A stretch of 38,922 nucleotides of DNA from a virus. The stretch lies in the UHGV virus genome UHGV-2190349; one strand, written 5' to 3'. Below are positions 1-6,975 of the stretch, in pieces. Every line of letters begins with the position of its first letter. The first letter of the stretch is position 1. The notes under the pieces were generated by a model. That model had not been told where the DNA came from. It saw nothing but the letters and a program-made list of their open reading frames with translations, and ran no database searches. The position numbers and the translations under genes are program-made.

Positions 1-1158
1 ATGCTCACCGTTAAGCAGATTGAAGCAGCAAAGCCGAAAGAAAAACCATACCGCCTTCTCGATGGTAATGGACTGTACCTTTATGTCCCTGTATCCGGGA
101 AAAAGGTATGGCAGCTTCGCTACAAGATTGACGGTAAGGAGAAAATCCTGACCGTAGGAAAATATCCGCTTATGACTTTGCAGGAGGCAAGGGATAAAGC
201 ATGGACTGCGAGGAAAGACATCTCGGTTGGCATCGATCCGGTAAAAGCGAAAAAGGCTTCGTCTAACAACAATTCCTTTAGTGCGATTTACAAGGAATGG
301 TACGAGCACAAGAAGCAAGTCTGGTCAGTAGGCTATGCAACTGAACTTGCAAAAATGTTTGATGACGACATTTTACCTATCATCGGCGGCCTTGAAATTC
401 AGGATATTGAGCCGATGCAACTGCTGGAAGTAATCCGCAGATTTGAAGATCGCGGTGCAATGGAACGAGCCAACAAAGCACGCAGAAGATGCGGCGAGGT
501 TTTCCGTTACGCTATTGTCACCGGAAGGGCTAAATATAACCCGGCACCTGACCTTGCAGACGCCATGAAAGGATACCGCAAGAAGAACTTCCCGTTTCTT
601 CCTGCAGACCAGATCCCTGCATTCAACAAAGCACTGGCAACATTTTCAGGAAGCATCGTATCGCTCATTGCGACTAAAGTTTTGCGCTACACAGCCCTAA
701 GAACGAAAGAGCTTCGTTCCATGCTATGGAAGAACGTCGATTTTGAAAACAGGATTATCACCATCGACGCCAGTGTGATGAAGGGACGCAAAATTCATGT
801 GGTCCCGATGTCAGACCAGGTGGTTGAACTTCTCACTACGCTAAGCTCCATCACCAAACCAGTATCAGAGTTTGTTTTTGCCGGGCGCAACGATAAGAAG
901 AAGCCAATCTGCGAGAACGCGGTATTGCTTGTGATCAAACAAATCGGCTATGAAGGTCTGGAAAGCGGTCATGGATTCAGGCATGAATTCAGCACGATTA
1001 TGAACGAGCACGAATGGCCTGCTGATGCTATTGAAGTGCAACTGGCACATGCCAACGGCGGATCTGTGCGTGGAATATACAACCATGCTCAGTATCTCGA
1101 TAAGCGCAGAGAAATGATGCAGTGGTGGGCGGACTGGCTTGATGAAAAGGTGGCGTAA
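1..1158 (+). CDS. intS: Tyrosine-type site-specific integrase (IntS-like, KplE1/CPS-53 family)
   Basis: 385-aa ORF starting at ATG; C-terminal catalytic region with HxxR and terminal Tyr (GHGFRHEFST...RGIYNHAQY); N-terminus MLTVKQIEAAKPKEKPYRLLDGNGLYLYVP matches my recollection of E. coli IntS. Confidence 0.9.
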   Translation: MLTVKQIEAAKPKEKPYRLLDGNGLYLYVPVSGKKVWQLRYKIDGKEKILTVGKYPLMTLQEARDKAWTARKDISVGIDPVKAKKASSNNNSFSAIYKEWYEHKKQVWSVGYATELAKMFDDDILPIIGGLEIQDIEPMQLLEVIRRFEDRGAMERANKARRRCGEVFRYAIVTGRAKYNPAPDLADAMKGYRKKNFPFLPADQIPAFNKALATFSGSIVSLIATKVLRYTALRTKELRSMLWKNVDFENRIITIDASVMKGRKIHVVPMSDQVVELLTTLSSITKPVSEFVFAGRNDKKKPICENAVLLVIKQIGYEGLESGHGFRHEFSTIMNEHEWPADAIEVQLAHANGGSVRGIYNHAQYLDKRREMMQWWADWLDEKVA

Positions 1159-1484
1159 TGCCACCCATCACCCACCCTGTCATCCTGTAGCGCGCTGTTG
1201 ATGAAGAACGTCACGCGCCCCAGCACCTCAACTTCCTCCGCCTCCTCCCCTTCGATCGCTTCACCATCATCAGTGATTAATGCCCTACCCATTACCCGGG
1301 CAAACTGCGTTCTGCCGCCAGATAAAATCAGCAGAACCTGATTCTGTACCAGCCTGGTGCACGGCTCGATAACGGCAAAGCCGGATGAGGTTTCCAGGAT
1401 GCGAGTGTCGACGCCAACACCGCAGATTCGCTCCGGAGTTAACCGCTGCTCTACATAGTCGCCAGCCGGCGAAGGGAAGCCCAT
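1089..1484 (-). CDS. Hypothetical acidic protein with UmuD/MucA-type N-terminal arm motif (GFPSPAGDYVEQR); possible degenerate LexA/S24-fold protein
   Basis: 131-aa ORF; ATG preceded by GGGGAGGG Shine-Dalgarno inside the upstream gene and overlapping its stop (TAATG); 3' end overlaps the int 3' end by 70 nt on the opposite strand; canonical S24 motifs (GxSM, TVKK) not evident. Confidence 0.45.
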   Translation of the reverse strand: MGFPSPAGDYVEQRLTPERICGVGVDTRILETSSGFAVIEPCTRLVQNQVLLILSGGRTQFARVMGRALITDDGEAIEGEEAEEVEVLGRVTFFINSALQDDRVGDGWHYATFSSSQSAHHCIISLRLSRY

Positions 1485-1732
1485 TACAGAACCCTCCCCA
1501 TGTTACGTAGCATCCAGAGACGGTTTTCACTGTGGTCAGGCGTCTTGTCGACAAAGAACTCTTGATAGCGCTGGATCCACTCGTTGGCGTCGACCTGGCT
1601 GAAATGCCAGTTTCTCGTGCGCAACTCACGGATGAAGTCGTTCGTATGAAGGCACTGATAACCCTTTGGGTTTTGCTGTACTGCAGCGACAAATGCGCTG
1701 TGAATGTCTGATTGGCGGGGTATGATCTGCAC
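1484..1732 (-). CDS. Hypothetical protein (82 aa), first gene of a two-gene coupled operon
   Basis: ORF track; apparent GTG start immediately after AAAAAGGA; stop overlaps start of the downstream ORF; no recognisable family. Confidence 0.4.
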   Translation of the reverse strand: MQIIPRQSDIHSAFVAAVQQNPKGYQCLHTNDFIRELRTRNWHFSQVDANEWIQRYQEFFVDKTPDHSENRLWMLRNMGRVL

Positions 1733-1815
1733 TCCTTTTTACTGTTTTTATATACAGTAGTTTTAAAGGAGATGCAGATCAATGAGGCGATACCTATCAA
1801 TAATCCCGGCTGGCG

Positions 1816-3645
1816 TTACACCTGACCAAGGTCCTCTACGCTTTCCTGATCATTCAGCAAGGTAATGGCAACAGCAATTGAGGAGAGGATAGTTTTGATT
1901 TCTATGGTGTTCATCCCTTCCTTTTCCCGGACGTACTCGCATAATTTATCGACGTCAAATATCTCTCTGATGTTTGTATATTCGGCGGCTCTTTCAAGCA
2001 AGTGCACGATTTCTTCTCGCTGACCTTCGACAAATTGAGCCTGCCATGCTTGCACAGACCTTGGCGTGAATTTAACCCCGCTATCATAAGGAGCATCTGC
2101 GATATCAAGGCCAAATCTACCCTGCAATGATTTATCCCATGTCGCATTCAAAAATGGCAGAGAAACTAATTCAGGAGCCAGCTTTGCCATGACGCTGTAG
2201 TGGAACAATTCTTTGTTCCTGGCCTCCGGACTGAGCTTGAATACCAAACGCGCAACTTTAGGAGAGAGAAGTGGCATCAGTTTAATTCTGCCTGTGACGT
2301 TCTGAGCAAGAGGGCCGTTCCAATTGGAAAGACGGTTTTCTACGAAGAACTTCTCAGGTAAAACATCAAACCTTACAGATTTAATATTCTCCTCAAGCCA
2401 GCCGTAGAACCAACCTATTTGAGCGTTTTTATACAAACTGGAGAGAATGTTTAATGGATCCATCTTCTGATGGTAGTTTATGAACTTAGAAAGAATTGCA
2501 TCTTTATTGTCCATAAAGGACAGGTTTTTAAACTGCTTGGCGTGTCCGCCGGGTCCGCGATATAGCTCGCCGCCAAAGCCAGTCATATCGGACGTTATAT
2601 TTTTGATGGTGCGTTCAGCTGTTGCTCCATCCCATGGGCAAATATAACTTTCCATTCTGTAGGAATGCCAGTTAAGTTTTTCCCATGAATTAGCAAAATC
2701 CTGAGCTTTAACTTGTGGAGCCTTAACGTTAGCGACGTGCTTAACGCCGATTTTGCTGGCTATGTTCTGAGCGCAACTTATCTCCGGGCTTCCTTCCGGT
2801 CCGTTCGTAAATGTGGTAATCCTGTCTTTGAATCCTGCACCCAATGCCAGTGCAAGGACAAGACGAGAGTCCTTACCACCGGTCAGTGATAAGCGGAGTT
2901 CACCGGGAATGTTTTCACTCGCAGCCTTAAAGTTTTTCACCAATTCATCTACGATCAAATCCCAGTCATCACCTGAAAGGTCATTTAGATATTCAGCATC
3001 CTCACTTGAAGGCCAGATCTGATTCTTAAATTTATTGATATTTACTGTTGTTGAACCGATTGGTGACTTTAAATAGCTACCTGCCGTGATTGTATTTACA
3101 CCTTCAAATGGTGTTTCATTTCCAAATATATTGGCATGCCCAATCAACCAGCTCAATGAGGAAAGGTTATATTTACCATTGCCTCGTAATTCATGTAATG
3201 CAGATGCTCTGTTACTTACGCAGGTCACACCATCAATTATTGTGTAATAAATAGGACAGGTGCCTGAGAAATCGCCGAAAGCAAGGAGGCCATTCTTGGA
3301 GGTTATTGAAACGAAGTTGTAAGACCCGGAAATATTGTCAAACATGTATTCCGCATCGTTTTTTGTGGAGGCATCAAGTGCGGCGTCAGACACGTCATAG
3401 CTATCCCCCATCCTTAAAACAGGGCCATTTATCAGGCATACGCCGCTTTGCTTAGATGTTATTCTTTTTGATATTTCGCCTTCCGCATTGCCACATGCTG
3501 TATATGCCCAAGCTCCGCTACCAGATATTTTATTAGCCACCTCTACTGGCTTAAATGTTAAGTTCCTTTTTAGGGCCTGCTGCGCTGTCTCGTATAATTT
3601 CTTAACAGACTCGCTTTTTCCATTTAAAACAATAAAGTTTATCAT
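1816..3645 (-). CDS. Asparagine synthetase (AsnB) family PP-loop ATP-pyrophosphatase/amidoligase homolog lacking the N-terminal glutaminase cysteine
   Basis: 609-aa ORF; PP-loop SLTGGKDS at residues ~253-260; AsnB-like segments (ITAGSYL, FTNGPEGSPE, LLAFGDFSGTCPIYY); begins MINF with no Cys2; visibly AT-rich relative to neighbouring phage genes. Confidence 0.8.
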   Translation of the reverse strand: MINFIVLNGKSESVKKLYETAQQALKRNLTFKPVEVANKISGSGAWAYTACGNAEGEISKRITSKQSGVCLINGPVLRMGDSYDVSDAALDASTKNDAEYMFDNISGSYNFVSITSKNGLLAFGDFSGTCPIYYTIIDGVTCVSNRASALHELRGNGKYNLSSLSWLIGHANIFGNETPFEGVNTITAGSYLKSPIGSTTVNINKFKNQIWPSSEDAEYLNDLSGDDWDLIVDELVKNFKAASENIPGELRLSLTGGKDSRLVLALALGAGFKDRITTFTNGPEGSPEISCAQNIASKIGVKHVANVKAPQVKAQDFANSWEKLNWHSYRMESYICPWDGATAERTIKNITSDMTGFGGELYRGPGGHAKQFKNLSFMDNKDAILSKFINYHQKMDPLNILSSLYKNAQIGWFYGWLEENIKSVRFDVLPEKFFVENRLSNWNGPLAQNVTGRIKLMPLLSPKVARLVFKLSPEARNKELFHYSVMAKLAPELVSLPFLNATWDKSLQGRFGLDIADAPYDSGVKFTPRSVQAWQAQFVEGQREEIVHLLERAAEYTNIREIFDVDKLCEYVREKEGMNTIEIKTILSSIAVAITLLNDQESVEDLGQV

Positions 3646-3910
3646 TTAATTCCCGCGCAAGATAATTGGCAATATTTAAAGTTGATAACTATTTGGTTAA
3701 CAGAGTAAACAACCAAGATTGTGCAATACTTGCTAGGACGGGTCAATGATTTGTGTGTGGTTTTGGGGTCTAACCACTAATTTTGATATCAGTAGTGAAT
3801 TTTACAAATGCAGGATTGAGGGTGCTCTTGCGCCACCAAAAGATGCGAATATGACGTAGCGAAAGCACCCTCTCTGTTTGGGTAGGATTGACGATTAGTG
3901 CATCAGAAAG

Positions 3911-6364
3911 CTACTTTGCTTCGAGATTTCCCACTCGTTCAGCCAGAGCCTCAAACTGCGATAGCAGCCTTTGATGATTACGACGATGAAGGGCAGCCTC
4001 CATCACTAATGCCTCCTCATATCGAATGCCATAGCGTGATCCCGCTTCAACCGCCGGAACTACTACATCGCCAGTCTCTTCATCAAGAACTTCTGGTGAG
4101 CTTTCCCACTTGTCATAACAGAAGAAAGCAAACTGGTGAGGATCAAGTCCATGACGGATAAACGCTTCTTGCGCACGCTGGGCAATAATGCCGACATGCC
4201 AACGGGCTCCATCATCTCCCTTTGCCTCTATACGGTCAATGAACTGGAACTGCACGAAATCTACTTCCGCCCAGGCATCCAGAATATCATCTGCGTACGG
4301 CGCTTCCATTAACCGTGAATCTGTCGTTTGGACGGGTTCGAGAGAACCACGAGCCAGCATCACTGGACGCGATTTTTGCCTTTCATCGGAGGTGACAGTA
4401 TACGCAGCCTGAGTGAATCCGCCCGCAAATGGACTTGAACTGGTACCAACAGTTCTGGTGTTAGCGGCGCTGGGCTGGATATTGCCGTTTACGCTCATGT
4501 TGGTGTTGATATTTACGACAGCAGAAGCAAAGCGTGCAACTTCAGTACCGGCCGACGCTTCAGTTGATGAGACGTAGAGGCCGACAGCATTTTTACTAAG
4601 GACTGCGGTTCGGGCAAATCCACTAGAATCGCGGATCTCTCCGAGCCCAACTTGATAATCGTCAGACTGCGGGCCGGTAACGTTAGTGATGCAATGGAAT
4701 ACGCCACCCATTTGGTTAAACGGATCTGTCACGGATTCAAGATGAAGGCCATCTATAATGATCTTCCCGGTATTGCTACCCCCTGACTCTATGCCTACAG
4801 GGCAATTCCTTAACGTCACGTTGGTTAGTTTTTGATATTTCCTGTTCAGGCGTAAGGCAACATTGGTGTCTCTACACACAATATTGGTTACAGAACACGC
4901 CTCTGCATCACCAAACTGCCGATCACTGGCTCCGGAGGCTGTTGTTGTCTGGTATCCGGTTATTGCGTTAGCGCACTGAATATTTGATCCGTTGCAATAT
5001 CGCTCCTCAATCCACACTGAAGCCCCAATTCTTCCGCCATCATATCCGAGACATGATATATTGCTGTAATTGACGAATGGGGATTTAATATGGAGCCCGA
5101 TGATGTCTGAATCAGTGGATTTAAATCGGTTCTGAATGACTGTGATGTTTGTAACATCACTCCATACACCGCCAGTTCCACGACTGACGGTATCGCCAAT
5201 GATCCCCTGCTTGATACGGACGCCAGCGCCGGGCGCTCCGACGTTACCAAAGTCTGACACATAAACGTTCGATACCTTCGGCGCCAATGACATTACGTCA
5301 ACGCCTGCCCAAGGGTGGGCTGGCTCGTCAAGTTGCCCGAAGTTGAAAACGAAGATGTTATTTAATTGAAACGCGCGACTGACAGACCCATTATCCTTAA
5401 TGTCGATACCATCTGCGCCGGTGTTTTCAGACCAGAATCCGTCGATGCTGCAGCCCTTATACCCGCCATTCTGAAGACCCAAGGCATAATGAGAGCAGTT
5501 CTTTACCTTGAGGCCGCGAATTGTAAGCCCCTCGATTCCTGCTCCGACAATGCCTTCAGTTTGCCGGGCGTAAGGAGTACCATTCCATAAGTAATTCCCG
5601 TCGATACAAATATCTTGAAGGCCGACGCCCCTTACTTTTGTGGTGCCGTTTTCGAGCGGTGGCTTTGACCACTGTATTACCCCATATGCAGCATCTGTGT
5701 TGTAAGCTCTTATAGTAGTAGAGTTCCATCCCTGCCCACGGAGAATAATGTTGTCAAATGGGATGCGCAAAGCAGCAACGTTTAACGTTGCGTTGGCAGA
5801 GCTAAATTCAGTCGGATCCTGATGCACCATGTATAAGGGCCGCGGGAATACAATCGTGCCCCCGCCGGCTGCACTGAGTTCCTGCGCCTTCTGCATTATC
5901 AGTCTTGCGTTCTGCAGGGCGACAACCTGGCTAACAACCCCAGGGATTACGCCAAATGAATCAGCGGTTATTTCAATGCCACCAATTAATGACGAGCCGG
6001 TACTGGAGCTTAATCTCTGGACAAAAGAAAACGGATCAACCAGGGAGCAATTTTCAAAATAGTATTGCTGAGCCCCATAAGCATCGTAAACAGCCATGCT
6101 GTAATCACTTTCAGTGACTATGGTTACAACCTGGCCATTATATACTGGGTAACCTGAGGAATTAATTTTAACTGGCTGGCTGATCTGCACCAGGGAGCCA
6201 TTTTCATTCCTGAAATAAACCGCTACCCTATTGGCTGGATTTGTTGGATCCGTGTCAGGAACACCAACATAAATATTACCGTTTGCGATAGCTTTAAAGC
6301 TTCTCGGCGTAATAAATGGGATGTACGGCATTGTTACTTGCTGGTTGGCAATGATATCTGGCAT
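3911..6364 (-). CDS. Tailspike protein with P22 gp9-like N-terminal head-binding domain and C-terminal intramolecular-chaperone (peptidase S74-like) domain
   Basis: Start set at internal ATG (MPDIIANQQ...) preceded by GGAGA; N-terminus aligns by eye with the P22 tailspike head-binding domain (RSFKA.ANG.IY.G..DTDP.NPAN); C-terminal ~159 aa begins with SDERQK (Ser-x4-Lys autocleavage motif). Confidence 0.9.
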   Translation of the reverse strand: MPDIIANQQVTMPYIPFITPRSFKAIANGNIYVGVPDTDPTNPANRVAVYFRNENGSLVQISQPVKINSSGYPVYNGQVVTIVTESDYSMAVYDAYGAQQYYFENCSLVDPFSFVQRLSSSTGSSLIGGIEITADSFGVIPGVVSQVVALQNARLIMQKAQELSAAGGGTIVFPRPLYMVHQDPTEFSSANATLNVAALRIPFDNIILRGQGWNSTTIRAYNTDAAYGVIQWSKPPLENGTTKVRGVGLQDICIDGNYLWNGTPYARQTEGIVGAGIEGLTIRGLKVKNCSHYALGLQNGGYKGCSIDGFWSENTGADGIDIKDNGSVSRAFQLNNIFVFNFGQLDEPAHPWAGVDVMSLAPKVSNVYVSDFGNVGAPGAGVRIKQGIIGDTVSRGTGGVWSDVTNITVIQNRFKSTDSDIIGLHIKSPFVNYSNISCLGYDGGRIGASVWIEERYCNGSNIQCANAITGYQTTTASGASDRQFGDAEACSVTNIVCRDTNVALRLNRKYQKLTNVTLRNCPVGIESGGSNTGKIIIDGLHLESVTDPFNQMGGVFHCITNVTGPQSDDYQVGLGEIRDSSGFARTAVLSKNAVGLYVSSTEASAGTEVARFASAVVNINTNMSVNGNIQPSAANTRTVGTSSSPFAGGFTQAAYTVTSDERQKSRPVMLARGSLEPVQTTDSRLMEAPYADDILDAWAEVDFVQFQFIDRIEAKGDDGARWHVGIIAQRAQEAFIRHGLDPHQFAFFCYDKWESSPEVLDEETGDVVVPAVEAGSRYGIRYEEALVMEAALHRRNHQRLLSQFEALAERVGNLEAK

Positions 6365-6411
6365 TTGCTGTTCTCCAGGTGCAGAAAAGCCGCACAAGCT
6401 AAAACTTGCGC

Positions 6412-6426
6412 AGCGTGGCTACGGTT
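6412..6426. repeat. Direct repeat copy 1 (AGCGTGGCTACGGTT)
   Basis: Identical 15-mer recurs at 6522..6536, flanking the palindrome. Confidence 0.7.
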
Positions 6427-6476
6427 AGTTTTTTGTGATAAAACAACTTTTTCGGAAGTTATTTTGTTCGCTTTTC

Positions 6477-6499
6477 GACCTACACTTTTTGTGTAGGTC
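6477..6499. promoter_or_regulatory. Perfect 9-bp-arm palindrome (GACCTACAC-TTTTT-GTGTAGGTC); candidate Mnt-type operator in the mnt/tailspike divergent intergenic region
   Basis: Read directly from sequence; sits between divergent mnt and tailspike starts; no U-tract on either strand, so not a typical terminator. Confidence 0.4.
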
Positions 6500-6521
6500 T
6501 CTCCTTCAAGCTCATTGCCTA

Positions 6522-6536
6522 AGCGTGGCTACGGTT
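6522..6536. repeat. Direct repeat copy 2 (AGCGTGGCTACGGTT)
   Basis: Identical to 6412..6426. Confidence 0.7.
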
Positions 6537-6622
6537 GGTATTTGTTGCATACCGAGACGGTACCATTGTTGATTTGTACAGTAGGTTTTACGATGCCATT
6601 CCACCCATTTGGTGAGGCATTG

Positions 6623-6886
6623 ATGATGTACAGCAAATACGATGAGGCGCAGTTCCACTTGAGGCTTACGCACGAGTTGCACGCTAAGATTAAGCAGCGT
6701 GCGAAGATGAATAACAGGTCGCTGAACTCAGAGATAATTGCAGCGATTGAAGAATCATTGGATAAACAAAGCTCTGCATCAGTTTACATTGACGATGCAG
6801 AGCGTATGGCAGAACAACAATCTGATATGGTTAAGAAAATTGTCTTTGATACGCTCAAGGAGCTATATAAAAAAGACTGCAACTAA
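6623..6886 (+). CDS. mnt: Mnt-like ribbon-helix-helix repressor (immI-type), orphan with no arc/ant
   Basis: Start at internal ATG with GGTGAGG Shine-Dalgarno; product strongly resembles P22 Mnt (NNRSLNSEIIAAIEESL...DDAERMAEQQSDMVKKIVFDTLKELYKK). Confidence 0.85.
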   Translation: MMYSKYDEAQFHLRLTHELHAKIKQRAKMNNRSLNSEIIAAIEESLDKQSSASVYIDDAERMAEQQSDMVKKIVFDTLKELYKKDCN

Positions 6887-6975
6887 CCATCCATTACGGA
6901 GGATTTATGCAAAGAGATATGCTGAATATTGCATTCTACATATTTGGTTTTTGCACTTTCCTGGTGTTTGCAAAG

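Noticed and set aside
1285-1800. 171-aa ORF on the minus strand overlapping both small moron ORFs
   Set aside because: Ser/Thr/Arg-rich low-complexity translation typical of an off-frame read; overlaps two ORFs with better translational signals
1816-3645. Considered calling the 609-aa protein a genuine asparagine synthetase B
   Set aside because: Protein starts MINF with no Cys at position 2 and the ORF is closed upstream, so glutamine-dependent asparagine synthesis is unlikely; called as AsnB-family homolog of unknown function
3898-4161. 87-aa plus-strand ORF antisense to the tailspike 3' end (and similar ORFs at 4188..4412, 5366..5590, 5829..6062)
   Set aside because: Fully embedded antisense within a well-supported long CDS; no RBS evidence
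6515-6622. Upstream 36-codon extension of the mnt ORF given by the track (TTG start)
   Set aside because: Mnt homology begins at the internal ATG, which has a good Shine-Dalgarno; the extension overlaps the operator-like palindrome region
6365-6975. Searched for arc and ant (immI) and sieA near mnt
   Set aside because: No ORFs resembling Arc or Ant are present; only mnt remains
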